From NCBI GenBank assembly GCA_965243255.1, contig CBDEUH010000004.1, forward strand, positions 1,790,979 through 1,854,978: a stretch of 64,000 bases of DNA, written 5' to 3'. The notes under the pieces are model-generated. The model was not told where the DNA came from. It was given only the letters and a program-made list of their open reading frames with translations, and made no database searches. The number at the start of each line of letters is the position of its first letter. The first letter of the stretch is position 1. The DNA is from Dehalococcoidia bacterium. Its GTDB lineage: Bacteria > Chloroflexota > Dehalococcoidia > Lucifugimonadales > UBA3495. The position numbers and the translations under genes are program-made. Positions 24,780 through 31,907 of the stretch are shown here, piece by piece.

Positions 24780-25988
24780 TCATTTGGGCAGCAGGGCGGC
24801 GACCCGGTCGAGGATGCGATGGCCGACCTCGTATTTGGTGAGCAGGGGGAGTCGCTCCACCTGGAGCTCGCGGTCGATGAGGACAACGCGGTTGGTGTCC
24901 ACGCCGAAACCGCTGCCCTCCTCGGTGATGTCGTTGGCGACGATGAGGTCGAGGGACTTGCGGCGGACCTTGTCGGCGGCGTTGGCCTCGAGGTTTTCGC
25001 TCTCGGCGGAGAAGCCGACGCGGACGAAATCGCCGGTGGCGGTGGCCAGGATGTCGGTGGTCTGCTCCAGGTCGATGGACATTTCATCGGCGGCGGTCTT
25101 CTTGATCTTCTGCTGGGCGGCGACGGCGGGGCGGTAGTCGGCGACGGCAGCGGCCATGATGAGGGCGTCGGCGGTGGGGGTTTCGGCGAGGACGGCGTCG
25201 CACATTTCCTGGGCGGAGCGCACCGGGGCCATCTTGATGAGCGGAGGGTCGGGCAGCGCGGTGGGAGCGGCGACGAGAACGACCTGAGCGCCCCGGTCGC
25301 GGGCGGCTTCGGCGACGGCGTAGCCCATGCGGCCGGAGGAGTGGTTGGTGATGACGCGGACGGGGTCGATGGCCTCCTGGGTGCCGCCGGCGCTGACGAT
25401 GACCTTGCGTCCGGCGAGGTCGCCGTTTTGGCCCAGGGCGGCGGCGATGTGGCCGAGGAGGTCGGCGGGTTCGACCAGGCGGCCCATACCGATGAGGCCG
25501 GAGGCGAGGCGTCCGGGGGCCGGGCCGGCCAGGAGGACGCCGCGACTACGGAGGCGGGCGACGTTTTCCCGGGTGGCGGGATGGTCGAACATGTTGGCGT
25601 CCATGGCCGGTGCGACGAGCAGGGGGGCCTCGGTGGCGACGACGGTGGTGGTGAGGGGGTCGTCGGCGAGTCCGGCGGCGAGCTTGGCGATGCAGTGGAC
25701 GGTGGCCGGGGCGATGACGACGATGTCGGCCCAGCGGGCCAGGGCGACGTGTTCGACGCTGTGCTCGGAGTTGGCGTCGAAGGTGTCGGTGACGACGGGG
25801 CGATGGGTGAGGCTGCGGAAGGCCAGGGGGGTGACGAAGTGGGTGGCCCCGTAGCTGAGGATGGTTTCGACGTTGGCGCCGGCCTGGACCAGCTTGCTGG
25901 CGAGATCAAGGGCCTTGTAGCAGGCGATGCTGCCGGTAACTCCGAGGACGATGTTTTTTCCGGCCAGTGCAGATTGCATAGGGGTCAC
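24780..25988 (-). CDS. coaBC: Bifunctional phosphopantothenoylcysteine decarboxylase / phosphopantothenate-cysteine ligase
   Basis: 402 aa with the flavoprotein N-domain (KNIVLGVTGSIACYKA…) and the CoaB domain (…VITNHSSGRMGYAVAEAA…). Confidence 0.92.
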   Translation of the reverse strand: MTPMQSALAGKNIVLGVTGSIACYKALDLASKLVQAGANVETILSYGATHFVTPLAFRSLTHRPVVTDTFDANSEHSVEHVALARWADIVVIAPATVHCIAKLAAGLADDPLTTTVVATEAPLLVAPAMDANMFDHPATRENVARLRSRGVLLAGPAPGRLASGLIGMGRLVEPADLLGHIAAALGQNGDLAGRKVIVSAGGTQEAIDPVRVITNHSSGRMGYAVAEAARDRGAQVVLVAAPTALPDPPLIKMAPVRSAQEMCDAVLAETPTADALIMAAAVADYRPAVAAQQKIKKTAADEMSIDLEQTTDILATATGDFVRVGFSAESENLEANAADKVRRKSLDLIVANDITEEGSGFGVDTNRVVLIDRELQVERLPLLTKYEVGHRILDRVAALLPK

Positions 25989-25991
25989 CTT

Positions 25992-26819
25992 TTATCCGGC
26001 GCCATTCATGCGGTAGATGAGGTCGAGGCCCACGAGGGTCAGTTCCTGGTTGATGTCGTCAAAGACGGGGGAGTGATCGGCGATGACGGTAACGAGGCCG
26101 CCGGTGCCGACGACCCTGGCATCGGAGCCGATTTCGGACTTGAACCGCTGGACCATGGTGGTAACCAGACCGGCGTAGCCGAGGACGAGGCCGGACTGCA
26201 GGGCGGCGGTGGTATTGCGTCCGACGGCTTCGGGCGGGGCGACCAGCTCGACGCGGCGGAGCAGGGAGGTGTTGTCGTAGAGGGCGTCGGCGGAGAGGTT
26301 GATGCCGGGGGCGATGGCGCCGCCCAGGTACTCACCGTGGCGGGAAACGGCGTCGAAAACGGTGGCGGTGCCCAGGTCAACGACGATGACGGGGGAGCCA
26401 TAGAGCTTGACGGCGGCGACGGCGTCCACGATGCGGTCGGCGCCGACGTCGCGGGGGTTGTCGTAGCGGACGGGCATACCGAGGTCAACCTGGGAGTTGA
26501 CCAGCAGGGGCGGGACGCCGAAGAAGCTACGGCAGACATCTTCGAAGAGGCCGGTGAGAGGTGGGACGACGGAGCAGATGCAGGCGGCGGTGATGTCGGC
26601 GGGGGAGATGCCGCGGAACTCGAGGAGGTTGCGGAGCAGGATGCCGTATTCGTCGGCGAGGCGGCGGGAGTCGGTGGCGATGCGAAGGGTGGTTACGAGG
26701 CGTTGGGTGGGGTTGGCGTCGTTGGGGTCGGCAGCGGCGGGCGGGCCGTTGAGTGGCTGGGGGTCGTGGAAGACGCCGAGGGTGACGGCGGTGTTGCCGA
26801 TGTCGATGGTGAGCAGCAT
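25992..26819 (-). CDS. coaX: Type III pantothenate kinase
   Basis: 275 aa: MLLTIDIGNTAVTLGVF…VVDLGTATVFD…GGAIAPG… is the ASKHA-fold CoaX signature. Immediately upstream of coaBC. Confidence 0.9.
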   Translation of the reverse strand: MLLTIDIGNTAVTLGVFHDPQPLNGPPAAADPNDANPTQRLVTTLRIATDSRRLADEYGILLRNLLEFRGISPADITAACICSVVPPLTGLFEDVCRSFFGVPPLLVNSQVDLGMPVRYDNPRDVGADRIVDAVAAVKLYGSPVIVVDLGTATVFDAVSRHGEYLGGAIAPGINLSADALYDNTSLLRRVELVAPPEAVGRNTTAALQSGLVLGYAGLVTTMVQRFKSEIGSDARVVGTGGLVTVIADHSPVFDDINQELTLVGLDLIYRMNGAG

Positions 26820-26875
26820 GTGAAAACCCGGCTAATAGTATAACTTTCCTATATTGCCGACTGCCAGCGTGGGGG

Positions 26876-27361
26876 TTAGCGGCGGTCGAAGCCGATTTGG
26901 ACGATGCGGGGTTGGTCAACGCCGGCGACGCCGACGTACTGGAAGAGGGCGCCGTCGGCATCGCGGGGTTGGGCGTCCTGGACGATGACGGTTTCGCCGC
27001 CGAGGAGGAGGTTGGCGAAGGGCGCGGCCTGGGAGTCGGAGCCCGGGTCGGTGGGGAAAACGAAGCTGAGGCCGGGGACGTTGGTGAACTCGATATGTCC
27101 GTCTTCGTCGCTAATCCAGAATTCGTCGATGGTGGTGGAGTCGGCGATGCGGCCGAGGGCGACGTCGATTTCCTGGGGGGTCATGCCGGCGCGGAGGGCG
27201 GCGTCGATGTAGTAGGCAGTGAGGGTGGCTTGAGCGACCATGTGGTCGGTCTCGGGGATTGGGGCGGCGACGGGAGCATCGGCATCGTTGCCGTTAGCGC
27301 CGCAGGCGATGGCCAGCGCCAGGATGATGGAGAGGGCGGTAAAGAGTATGGCTCTGGGCAT
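26876..27361 (-). CDS. Small lipoprotein, function unknown
   Basis: ATG 27359-27361 chosen (MPRAILFTALSIILALAIACGANG…); lipobox LAIAC; 161 aa. Confidence 0.55.
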   Translation of the reverse strand: MPRAILFTALSIILALAIACGANGNDADAPVAAPIPETDHMVAQATLTAYYIDAALRAGMTPQEIDVALGRIADSTTIDEFWISDEDGHIEFTNVPGLSFVFPTDPGSDSQAAPFANLLLGGETVIVQDAQPRDADGALFQYVGVAGVDQPRIVQIGFDRR

Positions 27362-27382
27362 TAGTGGGTCTCCTTGGCCTCG

Positions 27383-27418
27383 GTATGGGGCCGACGTATG
27401 GGGCCTGTGTATGGCGGG
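27383..27418 (+). repeat. Three direct 10-nt repeats with 13-bp period (GTATGGGGCC x2, GTATGGCGGG)
   Basis: Copies at 27383, 27396 and 27409, in the divergent intergenic region between the lipoprotein and PRP-TIR genes. Confidence 0.6.
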
Positions 27419-27451
27419 TATTTTACACGATACGGTTAGAGGGGTGATTTG

Positions 27452-27460
27452 TGCTAGAAT
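27452..27460 (+). promoter_or_regulatory. Extended -10 box TGCTAGAAT upstream of PRP-TIR gene
   Basis: 31 nt upstream of ATG 27492; a GGAG RBS follows. Confidence 0.4.
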
Positions 27461-27491
27461 CGTGGCCGAAATCCCTTTTGGAGACATACTG

Positions 27492-28775
27492 ATGGCCAAT
27501 ATGGAACTGGTCCAAATCGTGAAGCAGGGGCGGGACGCCGTGACAGCGTGGCGGGAGGAGAACCCCAATCAGCAAATGGACCTGAACGCGTGCTACATGA
27601 GCCATGCCCGGATTCCCATGGTGAACCTGCGGGGCGCGGATATGCGGGACGGCGACTTCATGGGGGCGATGGTGCGCCGGGCGGACCTGTCGAACAGCTA
27701 TCTGAACGACGCGCACTTTTACCGGGCCGACCTGCGGGAGGTGAACCTGAGCCGGGCGATTGCGCCGGGGGCGAACCTGCGGGGGGCCGACCTGCGCAAC
27801 GCCAACCTGGCCGGGATTAACCTGGACCGGGGGACGCTGTCGGAGGCGAACCTGTCGGGGGCGGATTTGACCAACGCCAACCTGGACCGGGCCAACCTGG
27901 ACCGGACCAACCTGACCGGGGCGAACCTGACCGGGGCCAGCTTCAACGGGGCGAATCTGTCGCGCACCAACCTGTCGGGGGCCATTCTGAACGAGGCGGA
28001 CTTTTACGAGGCGGTGCTGAACGACACGGTTACCGAAGAGGCGGACTTTCACAACTGCATCATCGGGTACACGGTGTTCCAAAACTGCGCCATGGACGCG
28101 GCGGTGGGCCTGGAGAGCGTGCGGCACGACGCGCCGAGCACCATTGGGCTGGACACCCTGCTGAGGTCACGGGGCATGTTGCCGGAGTCGTTCATCCTGG
28201 GTTCCGGGGTGCCGATTGGGGTATCGGGGATACAGGACTCGGTGTCGGACGCGCTGGTAACGACGCTGGAGGTGCACATTTCCTGCGCGAACGGGGACAT
28301 TGAGTTTGCCCGGCAGCTGGAGGCCAACCTGCGGGCGCAGGGAGTGCGCAGCTGGGTGTTCGCCGAAGGGTTCCGGGGCAATCCGCTGGTGGACCGGCGG
28401 GCGACGTCCGGTGAGGAAGAAATCGAGAGGTGGATTCGGCATTACGACCGGCTGGTGGTGGTGTGCACGGCGGACGGGCTGGACAGCGAGACGGTGCGCA
28501 ACGACATCACGGCGGCGCAGGAAGCGGAGCGAAGCGGGGACCAGTGGACGATGTACCTGGTGGACGCCGACGGCGTGATGGGCGCCGGGCGCAACCGGGC
28601 GGCGCGGCTGCTGAAGGAGGAGCACCGGGTGTTTGACCTGACCGGGCAGGATGGAGGGTCGGAGGAGTACCAGGCGGCGTTGGTGGACCTGATTGACAAC
28701 TTGAGGCAGGAGCAGCCGGCCAGCGCGGCGAAGCCACCGCGGCAGGCGGCGGACCCGAGGACGCTGCAGCTGTAG
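27492..28775 (+). CDS. Pentapeptide-repeat protein with C-terminal TIR-like domain
   Basis: ATG 27492 with GGAG RBS upstream. ~35 A(D/N)LxG pentapeptide units (…ANLRGADLRNANLAGINLDRGTLSEANLSGADLTNANL…). The C-terminal ~150 aa begins VHISCANGDIEFARQLEANLRAQGVRSWV…RLVVVCTADGLDSETVRNDI…, a TIR_2-like pattern of strands and helices. Confidence 0.7.
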   Translation: MANMELVQIVKQGRDAVTAWREENPNQQMDLNACYMSHARIPMVNLRGADMRDGDFMGAMVRRADLSNSYLNDAHFYRADLREVNLSRAIAPGANLRGADLRNANLAGINLDRGTLSEANLSGADLTNANLDRANLDRTNLTGANLTGASFNGANLSRTNLSGAILNEADFYEAVLNDTVTEEADFHNCIIGYTVFQNCAMDAAVGLESVRHDAPSTIGLDTLLRSRGMLPESFILGSGVPIGVSGIQDSVSDALVTTLEVHISCANGDIEFARQLEANLRAQGVRSWVFAEGFRGNPLVDRRATSGEEEIERWIRHYDRLVVVCTADGLDSETVRNDITAAQEAERSGDQWTMYLVDADGVMGAGRNRAARLLKEEHRVFDLTGQDGGSEEYQAALVDLIDNLRQEQPASAAKPPRQAADPRTLQL

Positions 28776-28838
28776 GTTTGCGTCCTCACCCCGGCCCTCG
28801 CCCGCAAGGGGAAGAGGGAGACGGGTATTAAATGAGTA

Positions 28839-28864
28839 CAGGGGCGGGAGTGATCCCGCCCCTG
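28839..28864. terminator. Hairpin between convergent PRP-TIR and rdhA-like genes
   Basis: caggggcggga-gtga-tcccgcccctg (11-bp stem). Confidence 0.6.
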
Positions 28865-28911
28865 CGTTTGGTCTGTTCCGGAGAACCGACGGATTCGGTC
28901 GGCTACATGGT

Positions 28912-30186
28912 TTAGATGTAGTCTTCCTCTTCGTACATCATGTCGACATTATCGGTGCTCTGGCCGAGGCCGCGGGTGACGTCGTTGCGGAAGGCTTCCA
29001 GCATCGAATCGGTGATCTCGTTGCCGTTGGCGCGGGCGGCGTCCTTGAGCTGGTCGAAGGCCCACTCGGAGGTGTCGCCGTGGGGCATGTCGAAGAAGCC
29101 GGGCTCGAAGACGGGGAGTTCGCCGGGGCCGAAGTAGCCCTTGCCCTCGATGTTGTAACCTTCGAGGTCGTGGGTGCCCTTGCCGAGGACCTGACCGGTG
29201 GCAGCGTAGTGCTCCATGGTGGCCTTCATGCCGTACTTCTGGATGGGGCAGACCTTCATGCAGACGCCGCAACCGAGGTAGCGGGCCATGACGGGCCGGC
29301 AGCGCTTGAAGTAGAGCTTGTTCTTCTCGATGCCGCGCCACCAGATCTTGTCGCGCATGAGGGCGCGGCCGGGGCAGCGGTTGACGCAGACCTGGCAGAC
29401 CTGACAGAAGGCGTGGATGCCGTAGTCCACCGGGCTGTCATAGGTGACGTTGGCGTCGGTGGTGATCATCATGATGCGGCAGCGGGAGCCGACGTGGGGG
29501 GTCAGCAGGTAGCCGCAGGCGCCGAGCTGTCCGAGGCCGGCGGCGACGAACATCGGGATGTAGGGGCCGGTGTTGTCGTTGGGGCTGTGGACCTGGGCGC
29601 GGTAGCCGAGGCTGCGGACGAAGTTGCCCAGTTCCAGGCCGGCCGCGCCTTCAGTGCGGTAGGTGCTGGAGTGGACGATTTCGGCGTCGATGCTGGGGAT
29701 GGTCTGGGTAGGTTCGAAGTCCTGCTCGTAGGCCAAGCAGATGACGTGGGGGAAGCGGACCCAGTCCTTCTTGCTCTGATAGACGTAGCGGATGTCGAAG
29801 GCAGCGATGCCGACTTCGACGAAGCCGAGCTCGCGGGCCTTCTGCTTGATGGCCTCGGTGACGTCGTCGCCGGAGGATTCGGCGGTGGGTTCGAGGTCGC
29901 CGGTCAAGCGGGCAGCCATGACGAGGTTGCGATTGAGCTTGTCGTGTTCCTTGCGGATTTCGCGCATCTCGGCGTGCTGGTCGCGGAGGGTGTTGGCCCA
30001 GTCGCGGGAGGCTCGCTCGGTGATGTTCATGGTTTCGACGGGATACTCGCGGGAGTACCAGTCAACTTCGCGCTGGTTCATGGGGATGCCGGGAGTGGTT
30101 TCGAGCTCCTCGGGCACCGGGATGGTGACAGGCGCGTCGCCCAGATACTTGCCGGGACGCCGTACCTCATGACCGATGGTTAGCAT
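28912..30186 (-). CDS. Cytoplasmic 4Fe-4S protein of the reductive-dehalogenase / epoxyqueuosine-reductase (RdhA/QueG) superfamily, paralogue 1
   Basis: 424 aa. AAGLGQLGACGYLLTPHVGSRCRIMMITTD core, then CQVCQVCVNRCP (Cx2Cx2Cx3CP) and C…CGVCMKVCP clusters. No Tat signal. Confidence 0.7.
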   Translation of the reverse strand: MLTIGHEVRRPGKYLGDAPVTIPVPEELETTPGIPMNQREVDWYSREYPVETMNITERASRDWANTLRDQHAEMREIRKEHDKLNRNLVMAARLTGDLEPTAESSGDDVTEAIKQKARELGFVEVGIAAFDIRYVYQSKKDWVRFPHVICLAYEQDFEPTQTIPSIDAEIVHSSTYRTEGAAGLELGNFVRSLGYRAQVHSPNDNTGPYIPMFVAAGLGQLGACGYLLTPHVGSRCRIMMITTDANVTYDSPVDYGIHAFCQVCQVCVNRCPGRALMRDKIWWRGIEKNKLYFKRCRPVMARYLGCGVCMKVCPIQKYGMKATMEHYAATGQVLGKGTHDLEGYNIEGKGYFGPGELPVFEPGFFDMPHGDTSEWAFDQLKDAARANGNEITDSMLEAFRNDVTRGLGQSTDNVDMMYEEEDYI

Positions 30187-30233
30187 ATCCTCCTCCTTCT
30201 GATGGACTGCCTAGATAGGCCGAATTTGGAGAA

Positions 30234-30262
30234 AAGATACTGCCGCCCCAAGTAATTGTCAA
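30234..30262 (-). promoter_or_regulatory. Sigma70-like promoter of rdhA-like paralogue 1 (TTGACA-17-TATCTT)
   Basis: Minus-strand reading of 30257-30262 (-35) and 30234-30239 (-10), in a 211-bp AT-rich spacer. Confidence 0.45.
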
Positions 30263-30341
30263 TACTTGGGCAGTGGAATCATCATATTCTATTGCATGAT
30301 GATGATTATTTAGAGGCGGGAATAGGTGAGGAAAGGAAAAA

Positions 30342-30365
30342 GCCGGCGGGATTGCTCCCGCCGGC
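30342..30365 (-). terminator. Hairpin with T-runs on both strands after rdhA-like paralogue 2
   Basis: gccggcggga-ttgc-tcccgccggc, flanked by aaaaa / ttttt. Confidence 0.65.
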
Positions 30366-30397
30366 CCTTTTTGCCGGTTGGCGAGGTTGGGGGGCTA

Positions 30398-31675
30398 CTA
30401 GATGTAGTCCTGGTCCTCGGCCATCATTGCGAGAACGTCGCCGCTCTGCAGGGCAATGGAGCGCTGGATCTGGACCTTGAGGTCTTCGATCATCGCATCG
30501 GGGATTTCGCCTTCGTTCTCAGCGGCGGCTTCCTTCATGGACTCGAAGGCCCACTCGTCGGAGTTGCCGTGAGGCATGTCGAAGAAGCCACGCTCGAAGA
30601 CGGGGAGTTCGCCGGGGCCGAAGTAGCCCTTGCCTTCCAGGTTGTAGCCTTCGAGGTCGTGGGTGCCCTTGCCGAGGACCTGACCGGTGGCGGCGTAGTG
30701 CTCCATGACGTTCTTGAGGCCGTACTTCTGGATGGGGCAAACCTTCATGCAGACGCCGCAGCCGAGATAGCGGGCCATGACGGGGCGACAGCGCTTGAAG
30801 TAGAGCTTGTTCTTCTCGATACCGCGCCACCAGATCTTGTCGCGCATGAGGGCGCGGCCGGGGCAGCGGTTCACGCAGACCTGGCAAACCTGGCAGAAGG
30901 CGTGGATGCCGTAGTCGACGGGCGCGTCGTGGGTGACGTTGGCGTCGGTGGTGACCATCATCAGCCGCATCCGGTTGCCGGTGTGCGGGGACAGCAGGTA
31001 TCCGCAGGCGCCCAGGGAGCCGAGACCGGCGGCCACGAACATGGGGATGACGGGGCCGGTGGCGTCGCTGGAGTGGACGACGTGGGCCTTGTAGCCCAGG
31101 GAGCGGATGAAGTTGCCCAGTTCCAGGCCGGCCGCAGCCTGAGTGCGGTAGGTGCTGGAGTGGACGATCTCAGCGTCGATGCTGGGGATGGTCTGGGTGG
31201 GCTCGAAGTCCTGCTCGTAGGCCAAGCAGATGGCGTGGGGCAGAACGGTGAAGCCGCGCTTGCTCTTGTAGTCGTAGCGGGGGTCGTAGGAGGTGATGCC
31301 CACTTCCAGGTAACCCAGCTGGCGCGCCTTGTCCTTGATGAGCTGAGAGACGTCCTCGCCGCTGGATTCAGCGGTGGGCTCCATCTCGGCGGTGGCGCGG
31401 GCGGCCATGATCAGGTTGGAGTTGAGCTTGTCGTGCTCCTTACGAATCTCCCGCATTTCGGCGTGGAGGTCGCGGAGGGTGTTGGCCCAGTCGCGGGAAG
31501 CGCGCTCGGTGATGTTCATGGTTTCCAGCGGATATTCGCGGGCGTACCAGTCAACTTCGCGGCCGGTCATGGGGATGCCGGGGACAGTTTCCAGTTCTTC
31601 GGGAACCGGAATCGTGATTTCGGCGTCGCCCCAGTGGCGTCCGGGTCGGCGCACCTCGTGCCCAATGGTAAGCAT
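30398..31675 (-). CDS. Cytoplasmic 4Fe-4S protein of the RdhA/QueG superfamily, paralogue 2
   Basis: 425 aa, colinear with paralogue 1 (roughly four-fifths identical by eye). The 66-aa Fe-S block VDYGIHAFCQVC…CPIQKYG is identical. Confidence 0.7.
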   Translation of the reverse strand: MLTIGHEVRRPGRHWGDAEITIPVPEELETVPGIPMTGREVDWYAREYPLETMNITERASRDWANTLRDLHAEMREIRKEHDKLNSNLIMAARATAEMEPTAESSGEDVSQLIKDKARQLGYLEVGITSYDPRYDYKSKRGFTVLPHAICLAYEQDFEPTQTIPSIDAEIVHSSTYRTQAAAGLELGNFIRSLGYKAHVVHSSDATGPVIPMFVAAGLGSLGACGYLLSPHTGNRMRLMMVTTDANVTHDAPVDYGIHAFCQVCQVCVNRCPGRALMRDKIWWRGIEKNKLYFKRCRPVMARYLGCGVCMKVCPIQKYGLKNVMEHYAATGQVLGKGTHDLEGYNLEGKGYFGPGELPVFERGFFDMPHGNSDEWAFESMKEAAAENEGEIPDAMIEDLKVQIQRSIALQSGDVLAMMAEDQDYI

Positions 31676-31730
31676 ATCAGCCTCCTCAGTGGTTGGCTCT
31701 GCCGCAGGATTGCGGCGGTATTTGGGGCAA

Positions 31731-31758
31731 TTTATACCCTATGCGGAACCTTTGTCAA
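31731..31758 (-). promoter_or_regulatory. Sigma70-like promoter of rdhA-like paralogue 2 (TTGACA-16-TATAAA)
   Basis: Minus-strand reading of 31753-31758 (-35) and 31731-31736 (-10). Confidence 0.45.
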
Positions 31759-31907
31759 CAGCAATTTGCAAGTTCCCGGGGGAATTCCCGGTGAATTACG
31801 GATTTCGTCGCCGGAAAGGAGATTTATTCGCGAATGGCTCCGAATTTTGGACGGCAATCGGAACAGGCGGGGTTGGCGGGGAAAAGGTGGCGGGCAACCC
31901 CGGAAAG

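Noticed and set aside
23967-26843. 958-aa plus-strand ORF (Gly/Asp/Ala/Glu/Val-rich)
   Set aside because: It lies antisense to the SulP transporter, coaBC and coaX, all of which carry strong signatures. Its composition is the mirror image of GC3-rich coding sequence on the other strand.
27700-28000. Periodic 15-nt DNA repeats (…gccaacctg…gcggacctg…), and similar at 62400-62900, that could resemble a repeat array
   Set aside because: The period is 15 nt with no unique spacers, and it lies in-frame. It simply encodes A(D/N)LxG pentapeptide repeats and is not a CRISPR array or a satellite.
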